A DNA stretch of 64,000 nt from Porphyridium purpureum (lineage: Eukaryota), in contig VRMN01000004.1 of the NCBI GenBank assembly GCA_008690995.1, forward strand, positions 992,001 to 1,056,000, read 5' to 3'. Below, in pieces: positions 50,766-61,200 of this stretch. The notes beneath the pieces were generated by a model that was not told where the DNA came from, did no database searches, and saw nothing but the letters and a program-made list of their open reading frames with translations. Numbering within the stretch: position 1 is the first letter of the stretch; each line of letters opens with the position of its first letter. Made by a program: the position numbers and the translations under genes.

Positions 50766-52213
50766 ATGGGCGACGCGGCTGTCAAATGTTTCGAGAGTAT
50801 TCTGGGCTGCATTGGAAATACGCCGATGGTGCGGCTGCGCCGGCTGGAGCAGGATGCGAACGTGAGGTGCGAGTTGTACGCCAAGTGCGAGTTCATGAAT
50901 CCGGGCTCTGTGAAAGACCGCATCGCGTTGCGCATGATTGAGGACGCCGAGCGCGATGGGAAAATCAAGCCCGGTGACACGCTCATTGAGCCGACGAGTG
51001 GAAATACGGGACTGGGCATTGCGTGTGTCGCCGCGATAAAGGGCTACAAATGCATTATTACCATGCCGGAGAAGATGAGTATGGAAAAGGTGAACCTGCT
51101 CAAACTGCTGGGCGCGCAGATTGTCCGCACACCCACCGAGGCCGCGTTTGATTCGCCGGAAAGCCACATCAGTGTTGCGCGTCGGCTGTGTAAGGAAATG
51201 CCCAACTCATTCATCCTGGACCAGTACTCAAACCCAGCAAACGTGGCCGCTCATTATAACGGCACGGGTGAAGAAATTTTGCAGCAAATGGACAACAAGG
51301 TGGACGTCGTAGTTGCCGGAGCAGGCACTGGCGGAACCATTACAGGCATTGCGCGCAAGCTCAAGGAACGTTTGCCGAATGTGCACATTGTTGGCGTGGA
51401 CCCGGAGGGGTCTATTTTGGCGCAGCCAGACTCGCTGAACTCGGACATCAAGTCGTACAAGGTGGAAGGTATTGGATACGACTTTGTGCCGGACGTCCTG
51501 GATCGCAGCGTCGTGGACGAGTGGATTAAGTCGCGCGATATGGAGAGTTTTAGTACGGCGAGGCGCCTAATTCAGCTCGAAGGGATGATGGTGGGTGGCT
51601 CGTCCGGCTCGGCTGTGTGGGCCGCTCTGCAGGTAGCACAACGTCTCGACGCCGGCAAGAGAGTGGTGATTGTATGCCCAGATTCGGTGCGCAACTACAT
51701 GACCAAAATGGTGTCGGACGACTGGATGCTTTGCAACCATTTCCTGGATTTGCCCAACCCAGTCGCCAACGAGCCCTGGGCAAAATTGCCAGTCTCGGTG
51801 CTGCCGCTGCAAACGCCAGTCACACTATCGCCGGACGTCACGTGCGAGGAGGCCATTGTGGTACTCAACAAAGCCGGTGTTGACCAGCTTCCCGTGGTCA
51901 ATGCAAAGGGTGAGGTGGAGGGCGTGCTCACTGAGGGTCAACTCATGGCACAGATGCTCGGAAAACGTGTGAGTCCACTGGATGAGGTGAGGAAGATCAT
52001 GCACCGTCAGTTTGAGTTTGTCACGCCGCAGACCGAGCTTGTTGAGCTTACGCGCATTTTTTGCAAGACCATTACGCACTGGTGATGAGCCGCCAGCAAG
52101 CCTACCACAAGGGTGGCAACATGACAGAAAAGACGGCTGTGACGGGCGTTATCACGCACATTGACCTGCTGCATTTTGTCATGCACTACCAGACCACGAA
52201 TGGATACAAGTAG
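50766..52213 (+). CDS. CBS: Cystathionine beta-synthase (no heme domain, C-terminal CBS pair), frameshifted at 52057-52062
   Basis: IGNTPMV, SVKDR (PLP Lys), IEPTSGNTGLG, GAGTGGT, YKVEGIGYDF, PDSVRNYMTK. The second CBS domain continues in the -1 frame (LQDHYALV...VTGVITHIDLLHFV) to TAG 52211-52213. Confidence 0.9.
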
Positions 52214-52304
52214 CGAGCTCGTAAGTTTCTTTCTTTTTTCTTCCATTTTTGTGGGGATACCACTGATATACATAAGTTTTGGGTTTTTGATGCTTTGCTG
52301 GCCT

Positions 52305-53366
52305 TCATTTTGACTTCCCGGATGAGTTATGACTGAAAAGCATCCGAAGCACATCGTACTCTACAATGGTCTGCCCCGGGTCATCCGGCGTCGGAAATGA
52401 CGACGGTGCGCCTGTCTCCCCGTGTATTCTGCGCGCCGCGTCTACGTGCATGATATTGGCGCCCTCCACAGCCGACACGTGAGGCGGGACAGAAGCCGTT
52501 TCCGCCTTGCGCGCCAGCGAGTCCAACGCGGTGAATATTTTTTGACGCTCGCGCGGATCGAGACGCTGTACGCGCGCCTCTAGACTTGTTAACAAGGACT
52601 CAACTTCGTAGTCACGAGTCTGGTTCATCTGTTCATCGACCTCGAAGAACGCTGCGGCTTGCTGCTGCAACTCAATCTGCTCGGGCGGGAGGAGAACTCC
52701 GGTGTCCGAGCCCGCGGCGGCCAGGTCAAAGTTGTCCGCCTGGACCTCATAGTCTCGCGCGACAGGTCGCGAGGCGCTTCGCGCACCGCCGCTGCTGCTG
52801 CTGGCCTTACTTTGGCGTGAGCGAACTGCCGCGTCATGCTTCCGGCTCTTTGCGGGAGGCCTGGATGACACTGAAGCCACGGGCTGCTGCTGACGGTCGG
52901 ACGTAGTGCCTGAACCAGAGCCTCCTCGGTCTGAAGCGCGAGGTGAAGGTGAGGTTCCGCCAATCGGAGAGTCAAGCAGATTGTGCTTGAGTGCGCCTTC
53001 TGCTGCCGCCCCGTCTCCATCACGCGCTGTGCCTGATGCTGGCGATGGAGAAGCGCTGTCCGAACCTGAAACTCCTCTACTCGCGCCGGAAAATGAGCCA
53101 GAGTCGCCGATGAGATCCTTAGATACGCTGTTTCCTACATCTTTGTCCAGGTTTTCGAGTAAGCCCATGATCTCGCTCGCTGGTCCGTCCAGATTGGAGC
53201 CGGCCGCGGGCGACGCTGAACCTGCTTTCATTCCGACGGCGCCTTCTTCTCTCGTTGGACCGCCCAGTCCGTCGACGCCGACGCCTATCCGGTGCTGATG
53301 CGGCGGTCTCCGCCGCTGCGGCTCTTGCCTTTCATGCTGCTCTTGATATTCCTGTCTCTCTTCCAT
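52305..53366 (-). CDS. Mostly disordered protein with C-terminal LNK-like helical motifs
   Basis: 353-aa ATG ORF; LEARVQRLDPRERQKIFTALDSLARKAE and IVEYDVLRMLF resemble the conserved plant LNK C-terminal blocks. Confidence 0.6.
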   Translation of the reverse strand: MEERQEYQEQHERQEPQRRRPPHQHRIGVGVDGLGGPTREEGAVGMKAGSASPAAGSNLDGPASEIMGLLENLDKDVGNSVSKDLIGDSGSFSGASRGVSGSDSASPSPASGTARDGDGAAAEGALKHNLLDSPIGGTSPSPRASDRGGSGSGTTSDRQQQPVASVSSRPPAKSRKHDAAVRSRQSKASSSSGGARSASRPVARDYEVQADNFDLAAAGSDTGVLLPPEQIELQQQAAAFFEVDEQMNQTRDYEVESLLTSLEARVQRLDPRERQKIFTALDSLARKAETASVPPHVSAVEGANIMHVDAARRIHGETGAPSSFPTPDDPGQTIVEYDVLRMLFSHNSSGKSK

Positions 53367-53715
53367 GTCCGCGCGCTTCCTTCTTCCTCACCTTTCCCCG
53401 TGCCCCGCCAACCGTTGCGGCCTCCGCGGCGACCACCCCGCCGCGCACGCTCGCCGCGTCTTCCCCGCCACCCTCCTCCCGCCGCCGCTGCACCGCAGCC
53501 TCGCAAGTTGCAAACGACGCTTCAGCACCTCTACCGTCACGCCCACATTCGAACCGGCGCGCGCACGAGCTCCACCTCTCACCTTTCCTACCGCGCACCC
53601 TGACACCCGCTCGCTCGTGTCGCGCCGCGCCTCCACCACGCCCTGCCCGCGGCTCCCTGACCCTCACAATCCACACAAACACCGTCTTGCACACATCAAC
53701 AACTCCCCTCACACC

Positions 53716-54570
53716 CTCTCTCTCTCTCTCTCTCTCTCTCTCCTTCCTTACCTCGAAACCCCACCACCACCTGCAGATGATGACGTCTCAGAGGTGCTCC
53801 ACGCACACCCACGCAGCCAAATGAACGCCGCAGCGCAGCGACTTCGTCTTCCTCCTGTTGGTCCCCTTCCTGTCCGAAAGGATGTTTGTAGCGCGCCCGC
53901 TAGTGCGCGAGTGTCGAGAAATGAACGAGAGCGCGCGCCGTGATGTGTTCTCCTTGTGCTCTACATCTGTTTCCTTCTCTCCGTCCCCTCCTCTCTCTCT
54001 CTCTCTCTCTCTCGCTTGCGTTCTCATTCTCATCCCCGTATGGTGTTTGCATGTAAAAACACGGCTGGCATGGCCTGTGCATGTGTGCATTCTGGCGGTC
54101 CTTTGCATTCACAAAAAGCCCATGTGTGAGCTCAACACCGCGCAAACGCCATATGGCCGGGGGCGCCATGAGCTTGTAGGAAACTGCGCGCGGTTCATAT
54201 GAACCAACCAATCACCGCGTGTTCAGGGCGCGCGCGCGCGTCTCAAGTTCCAATGAAAAACAACCATAAACGTGCCATGCCCGCTGTACTTCTTCACACG
54301 TGGACACACACGTCCATTCACACTCCGTTCTGTTGCAAACGGTTCATGGTTCTTGGTTAGTGGAAACCGATGAGCGGGACGGAGCGTGTGGCGGTAGGGT
54401 ACTGTGTGTAATGCTGAATGGGATTGTCATGCACGTGGAAACGGTTAAGGATGACGGTTTGCGATGGGAGGACCAACCACGCGCGGGCGAGAAGCCGCGG
54501 GTGTGCGGTGTGAGGACAGCGGGAAGGAGGGGAGAGAGAGAGAGAGAGAGAGTGTGTGTGTGTGTGTGAG
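53716..54570. repeat. Dinucleotide microsatellites (CT)n at about 53716 and 53991, and (GA)n(GT)n at about 54532, in the divergent intergenic region
   Basis: Read directly; similar tracts at about 2156 (CT), 2364 (GA) and 24670 (GT). Confidence 0.85.
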
Positions 54571-54689
54571 AAGGTGGAGGTAGGAGTGGGAGTCTGAACA
54601 GGTTAAGCAGTCGGTGAGTGCGGCATTGGTGTGTGCGCAGACAGTGGGCGTCCATTTCATGTTCTGATTGGCGCTGGGCCGGAGCAGAC

Positions 54690-55493
54690 ATGGCGGATCT
54701 GGACGACTTCTTTAAGAAGAAGGATAAGAAGAAGAAGAAGGGAAGCTCGACGCTGCGGACGGGGGAGCTGGAAGGCGCGGCGCAGGAAGTGGCCGCATCT
54801 TCGACGACGGCGGCAGATGTCGTCGCCCCTGAGCAGCAGCACGTCGCGGCCGCGTGGAGCGGTCAGCCTCGGGGCGACGCTGCGCACGCTGGGGAGGAGA
54901 GCGGACCAGGTGCAGGTGCTTCGGCGGGGACTCCGTCGGCTGCACCCGCGACCAGTGCCAGAGCCGGCGCGGCCCCCGCTGCGCCAGCGGCGGGCGCCGT
55001 GACGTCGCCGAGCAAAAAAGAAAAGGAGAAAGACGACGGGTGGTTAGATATTGAGGACGCGCGCTCCGCCCAGGTGCACACGGGCGGTCGGTCAGTCATG
55101 CGGCTGGGGAAGGGCGAGAATACGCAGGATCACGAGAGTAATAATGCGCAGTCTGGCGCGGCGTCAGACGGCGCGTTCAAGGGATGGAAGGTGGACGGCA
55201 ACGGGGCCGACGAGGGGGCACCGGAGGAGTCCAAATTCCCGAGTCTGGCTGAAGCAGTCAAGACACCCCAAGGTAAAATCACAGTGGAAACGACACAGGC
55301 ACGGCCCAAGTCGCAGCGCCCGGTTCCTTTGCGCTCGGCGAATCAATTTGCAGCGCTGGCGCAAAAGATTGCTGAGCGGAAGGCAGAGGAACAAAAAGAA
55401 GAGGAAGAGCGCAAGAAACGAGCAGCCGCGAAAGCGGCAGAACTCGCTGCCGCAGCTGCCGCTAAAGCTCAATCGGCACCTGCCGCTCCGTGA
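54690..55493 (+). CDS. CDV3: CDV3-family protein
   Basis: N-terminus MADLDDFFKKKDKKKKKG, DDGW, FPSL and NQFAAL motifs typical of CDV3 homologs. Confidence 0.75.
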   Translation: MADLDDFFKKKDKKKKKGSSTLRTGELEGAAQEVAASSTTAADVVAPEQQHVAAAWSGQPRGDAAHAGEESGPGAGASAGTPSAAPATSARAGAAPAAPAAGAVTSPSKKEKEKDDGWLDIEDARSAQVHTGGRSVMRLGKGENTQDHESNNAQSGAASDGAFKGWKVDGNGADEGAPEESKFPSLAEAVKTPQGKITVETTQARPKSQRPVPLRSANQFAALAQKIAERKAEEQKEEEERKKRAAAKAAELAAAAAAKAQSAPAAP

Positions 55494-55606
55494 TTGCGAC
55501 CAGTCTAGCTCCTTGTTTACGATCCTTTTTCTTTGTGCAGTTCAGGAAGTAGAGTAAATGTCTTTTACATGGGGTTCTCCTTGGTTTTTCTCCGTGTCCG
55601 CGTGAA

Positions 55607-57034
55607 TCAAAGCGTTGGTGGTGTACCTGTTCGTCTGCGTAGCTTGGGAGTTCCTGAGCTTGGGTCCAAGAAAGCCTCAAACCCGGCATCTGAGAGCACC
55701 GGGTCGGAACGCGTTTCCTGAATCTGCAGCTCAGCGATGAGCGCTCGGCATCTCTCGCTCTTTTCGCAGAGTAGCCGGATACCAACGATGCACCACTCGC
55801 GCTTCATGGCGTTTTTCGGATCCACCGTACATTCCGCTAGAAGACAGTAGACTCCTCTCCCCTGAGCTATTCGCTCCGCGTCAATTCCGCTAAGATATGC
55901 CAGCAAACGCACTAGTGCGGTTCGAATGGGCGCCATGTCCCAAGCAACAACAACAACAGCAGCAGCAGCATTTGCGTCTTGGCTTTGAGTTTCAACGTGA
56001 CCATACTGAAGAAAATTCACGGCTTCTTCAGCGACTTCACTAACGGGGAAGCGGTGACCAAGGTCCCATTCTTGATGCTCGCCTATCACCATTGCCCATG
56101 TACCCACCAGCAGGACAACAGCATGCAGAATATCCGCGCGTTGCTGATTTTCGCCGCCGGCAGATTTCATCAAACGACAAAAGGCCGCGACTGCAGACAC
56201 ATTCTCACATAAATTCTTCGCGTCCGGACCTTGCAGCGCTTCATCCACGAATGTGATCCACTTCATCATCCACTCAACCCTGACGGAAGCCATTTCCTCC
56301 TCCATCCAAGGACCCAAGTCCTCACGACCAAGCGCTTTTCGAGTGAGTTGCGACAACCAGAACACACTTTCGTTCTCGCCTTGCACAAACAAGCAGCCAT
56401 CTTGATCTACACTTGTACCGAGGACACCGACACAGCAGGTCTGGAACAGAGCCCACGACCAACATGAACTATCGCCGCTGCTTTCAAAAGCAGTGTAAAC
56501 GAAACCGACCAGGGCAGCGGTGAGTTCCCACGCAAGTTTCAGATCTTTTTCCTCGCTCTCGCCTTGAGTACATCGCAGCATCTTTTCCACCGTGCCATGC
56601 GCGTCGCCGCGAATTCGATTCATAGCATCCGCTGCTGCGGACTTATTCGTCGCCACCACGTTGTGCAGGAACTGCACCATCACGATCATTGTCGCTACAC
56701 ATGGCCGCAGCGATACACGAGTCGAAGCCGATACCAGAGCTTTCCACGCAATTTCGTCTAAGCACAACTCACGCGCCCACTCTTGCGGAGCTCCTGGCGC
56801 GTCGACAAGCCGGCGCACAAGTCGTCCGGCCAGCAAGTGCTGTTCGCTACCCAGTCGGGCCCCATCAAGCATCAGCCGTTCCACATCCGCACGGAATTGA
56901 ACTGCGTCGTCGCCTCGAACGCACTCCCGAAATTCAGCCGTGTCGGCTGGCGTTTGGAGACTTTCCAGCACCTCGCGAAGTGGCGCGGGGTTTGCCCGGC
57001 CAAGTAAGAAGAACTGCGCCGGAGCTTCGGTCAT
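55607..57034 (-). CDS. ATXN10: Ataxin-10 homolog
   Basis: C-terminal LVRLLAYL...GVYCLLAECTVDPKNAMKREWCIVGIRLLCE...IAELQ; helical N-terminal region. Confidence 0.8.
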   Translation of the reverse strand: MTEAPAQFFLLGRANPAPLREVLESLQTPADTAEFRECVRGDDAVQFRADVERLMLDGARLGSEQHLLAGRLVRRLVDAPGAPQEWARELCLDEIAWKALVSASTRVSLRPCVATMIVMVQFLHNVVATNKSAAADAMNRIRGDAHGTVEKMLRCTQGESEEKDLKLAWELTAALVGFVYTAFESSGDSSCWSWALFQTCCVGVLGTSVDQDGCLFVQGENESVFWLSQLTRKALGREDLGPWMEEEMASVRVEWMMKWITFVDEALQGPDAKNLCENVSAVAAFCRLMKSAGGENQQRADILHAVVLLVGTWAMVIGEHQEWDLGHRFPVSEVAEEAVNFLQYGHVETQSQDANAAAAVVVVAWDMAPIRTALVRLLAYLSGIDAERIAQGRGVYCLLAECTVDPKNAMKREWCIVGIRLLCEKSERCRALIAELQIQETRSDPVLSDAGFEAFLDPSSGTPKLRRRTGTPPTL

Positions 57035-57096
57035 CGTGTCACCATTCCGTCGCAGCACCTTTCCCTCCTTTTTATTTCAGAAATCCGAGAGTGGCT

Positions 57097-57975
57097 TCAC
57101 GACTGGCGTCGTCGTTTCAGTTGGCTTTGGTCTTCGCCTTCGCGAGCTGTCTCGCCAGTCACGGATGAAAGTAGGCTCGGATGCACAAAGCGAGCGACTT
57201 CTGACGGAATCACGGTCCACTTGGCAATCTTCGCATTGCCCAATCCACAGTCAGACGGCTCAAACACCGTTTCGAAGCACGGCGAATTGGCAAGGCAGTG
57301 CCGCACGCAGCCCTTGAGGACTACAGCGTCGCTGCGTGCAAACGTATAGAACGCAGCGGGAAACTTGGCCTGGATAAAAGTACATATTTCGACCATGGAA
57401 GCGCGCAGATGGCTCGATCCCACCAGAATCGCCTCTGCGACCAGATCTTCCAGCGTGCGTCCCGTCGCCACGTCAATCCGCGGCAGTCTCTTCTTCAGCG
57501 TGGGATGCACCGCAGTTGAAGCGGCTGGCAGAATGAATGTGAGCGTTGTCCCGCTGCGCTCGCGCGTATCTGGATCTCCGCTCTTACCGCCGATACGCAG
57601 CTCGGTCTGAGAGACAAGAATCACAGGCGGGTCGTGCTTCGTGCAGAGGCGGCCGTTGACGTAGACACCGTTCTTACCCAGCACGTGGAGCTCGAACGCA
57701 TTCTCGATGGCCGAGTACCGAATCACGGCGTGCCTCCGCGACACTTGCGGATCTCGAAACGCCACGTCCACAAGCTCTACGCCGCCGTTCGCGCCGCCAG
57801 ACGCGGCCTCTAACGCGCGGCCCAGCACGGCTTCAAACTTGGTCATGTACCATACAAACTGCGCACCAACCAGCTTGGCATATGCCCGCCTGTGCAGGGG
57901 CGGAAGCATATCCGCAGAAGGCTCGGCCTTCTCTTCTGCGGTTCCCGCCGCCGGTGGCGCAGCATCTTCCACCAT
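57097..57975 (-). CDS. FHA-domain protein with C-terminal divergent forkhead/winged-helix domain
   Basis: AYAKLVG...VLGR...VSRRHAVIRY...FELHVLGKNGVYVNG (FoxK/Fkh-type FHA); then LVAEAI...EICTFIQAKFP...VRHCL..SPCFETV...KWTV. Confidence 0.8.
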   Translation of the reverse strand: MVEDAAPPAAGTAEEKAEPSADMLPPLHRRAYAKLVGAQFVWYMTKFEAVLGRALEAASGGANGGVELVDVAFRDPQVSRRHAVIRYSAIENAFELHVLGKNGVYVNGRLCTKHDPPVILVSQTELRIGGKSGDPDTRERSGTTLTFILPAASTAVHPTLKKRLPRIDVATGRTLEDLVAEAILVGSSHLRASMVEICTFIQAKFPAAFYTFARSDAVVLKGCVRHCLANSPCFETVFEPSDCGLGNAKIAKWTVIPSEVARFVHPSLLSSVTGETAREGEDQSQLKRRRQS

Positions 57976-58268
57976 TCAGCCACGAAGCTCGGGGCCACAG
58001 GAAAAATTGACTTGACGTCAACTTCTCTCCGCAAGCTTGAATGACTAAACTTCGCGTTTGACTATTTATTGTGTCTTCACGCACAAATACGAAAACATAT
58101 GCTCTATCTGATCTACTCACAATGCCCCTTGCCGTATGTGCCACGGCAACGAGGCGCTGGGCAGCAAAGGCGCTGTCCACGCCTTCCGCCGCCTCGTCTG
58201 TCTCCTCATCATTATCATCATTATTGTTATTATTGCTATCATGATCCTCCACAGTTTGCCTTTTGAAC

Positions 58269-61200
58269 TCACGTGTCAAGAACCTTGCGGTAAATATACT
58301 CACGGCACATTGGGCAATACTGGACCTGCGCAGCGCACACGCGGCAACACACGTAGTGCGAGCACCACAGAAACATGGCTTGCGGTGCTCGATCCAGGCA
58401 AATCACGCACGTATCACTTTGCGGGCCGCGCTCGCGGCACGCCTGCGTCTTCAGGCGTACCTCCTCCAGCGACGTGTACGCTACCTCGAGCATGGTGCAG
58501 TCCTTCAGGTAAGAGAAGCCTGAATCACCGCCCACAACAAGTAGGCTACGGTCGTCGAGCGGTGCCATAGCGGCACCCGTCCGAACGCCTGGAGACGGAC
58601 CCGTGGTCAGCGGCACACCTGCCCATCGCAAATTTGCCGTGTTGAATACCCAAACGTCATTGTACAGCTGACCAGACTCCCCGTTACCTCCATACGAGAC
58701 CACTGCTCCGCCCACAAGTGCTGAAGCGTGCGATTCGCGCGTGCCCGGCGACGGCTCGTCCGGATACGGTGTCCGCGTCCACTGCATGCTGACCGTGTCG
58801 AACAGCCAGGAGTCACTGTAGAACTTGGCGCCATCGTCCATTCCGCCGTGGACAAACAACTGACGATTATTAATCATCTCCCCTATGTGTCCCGCGCGAG
58901 GCTCTGGCCGCGTGAAGCCACGGTCCTTGACCGCAAGCCACTCGACACGCGACGCGTCGAATATGTGCAGATCATTGTAATACTTGTCGCCCAAGAAGCG
59001 GTATCCTTCTCGCCCTGCAAAGAGCAGTGCGCTCGTACCGTTTTCCATTGCACACATTGCAGCCCGCGAGCGCTTGCTCGGCACGTGTGCGGTCGCAAGA
59101 TTGACCGGCGACCACGTGGAGCGTGGGACATCGAGCACGTCCAGGCAATTCAACCGGCCCGTGCGGCTGGTACCGCCAAACACAAGCATTCGAGCACCAT
59201 ACGCCAGCGAAATAGCACAGTGGCCCGTCCTCGCGAGTGGTGCGGGGCCGTTGCACACCACGTACCGCCACTGCTTCTTGTTCACGTCAAATGCGAAAAG
59301 CTTGTTGAACCAATCCCGCCCACAACCACCCCCGTACTTGTAAAGCTCGGCGCCACCGTTCACTGGTATCAACGAATGCCCTTCACTACCCTCACCCAGA
59401 TAGCCCACGTCGAGCAGCTTACTCCATTTCATCTCGGTCGCGCAACCGGAATCGTCCGTGATGCGCGCCACTGGATTGATCTGGTCGACATCGTCTGCCG
59501 AGGTCTGCATGCACGCCTGTGCTACAGCGACCGCGCGGGATCGTGCTTGTTGCGCAAGCAGCATCAATTCTGTGTCTCGCACAGCCGATGTTGAACTCAC
59601 GACCTCATCCGTATTGACGCCGCCATCCGGCATCGGTTCGCTGTTGTCTGTCACGCCATGGAGCAGCGCGGACTGGTCATGGTGACCGTCCATTATCGAA
59701 AGCGGCGACATCCACGACGGGCGGGATACATCACCAAAGCAATCCACGTGCAGAAGTTGCTGGCTGGACGCAAGTCCTGGGTGCAAAAAGCGCGTTGAAC
59801 CGTCCGCCATGGTGAACACGCTGATCCCGCCCGGAAGAATTTTCTCGTTCAGGGGGCGCTGCGCGTCCGTATCCGCTTGGTCGTAGCCGCTTCCTGGTCG
59901 ATGCGGATTCGTCCAGCTGCTCGTTCCAGACACGGGGTTGTAAAAGAACTCGAGCCCAAACGAATCAATCAGACGGATCCAGTCACCAATAGAGCCCAGA
60001 CCGGAGCGAAGCGTGCTATCCGTGCGACTTCCAGACGGCAAAAGCACTCCGAACACGAGCGGGCGGGCGTCCGTGATGCCGGCTTCAGTGTGTATACCCC
60101 CTTTCATTTGCGAGAGCGACGGCGCGTTGGACAAGGACAGCTTCAGTCGCACTGTTCCAATAACATTGCGCTGCTCACCGGAGTGCCGGTCGCAACCCAC
60201 CAGCTCCTCCACCACAAGAGCAGTCTCCTTGTGTTTGCACTGCCAGTACTTGATCATCGGGATGATCACGTACCCCAACGCCAAGTTATTTGCGCTCGAG
60301 TCGTGCAGCTCAAGTACGAGCTGGCCCGATACTAGCTCTTCCATGGATGCTCGAGCCGCCAATCGCGGAATGTTGAGAATCAGCTTGTTACCTCGCAACG
60401 TTGCATCCGACGAAATCTCGCGCACTTTGCCGTTCCCTAGAAAGCTGGCAATGGCGTACAATTGATGGCGACGCCACTCGTCCCGGATCGCCGACTCCAA
60501 CAAGGACACCTCGATTTTGCGAATGGTAAACACGCATGTCGTAATTTGAGAGATTACAGAGTCAAAGGAGAGCCGGAAGCGGTACGATTCAGCAAGCTGT
60601 GAGTCTGCTAACGCCAGCAAAATATCGTGTCGCTGCGGGCCCACAGCCAGTGTTCGGAGGTCGATCGAGCACTGCCCCAGCTTTGTACGCTGGCCAAGCA
60701 TGTGCATGATTTTATCGCCTTGGCTTGCAGTTTCATTAGCACACGTTTTCAACGTGAATGTGACGACAAAGCGATCAAGCATCGCAGTGCTGGGCACACT
60801 GATATCTGAGCTGCATTCAAAGTTGCCAAACCCGAGCAAAGGGGAAAGCAGTACGACAGGTCCTTTGGCGTTCAGCACGCCGGACACGGAAAGGCGTACC
60901 AGTGCGCGAGTTGGCGTCTGAGAGCTGCTGCCACTGTTCCTCCGAGAATCGATGACTCCCCCAGATAAGCGCGGCCTGGGAGCCAGCATATTGTCCCTGT
61001 TGTCGTCAGGCCCGGTGAGGCCGAAAAAGACGCTTCGGAACGTGCCACTCAAGCCGGCACGAGATATCGAATCCCTGGGGCTCGAAAATCGCCGCTGAGA
61101 CAAGAGAGAAGCGTTTCGGTTGCTTGCTGTGTTCTGGTTTGCACTTGATGACTGCTGCAACTGCTCCAGCAACACCGGTAAGCTATGATTTTGCCCTTGC

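Noticed and set aside
52051..52070. Canonical programmed -1 ribosomal frameshift site in CBS
   Set aside because: No in-frame X_XXY_YYZ heptamer or evident stimulatory structure; a homopolymer error is more parsimonious.
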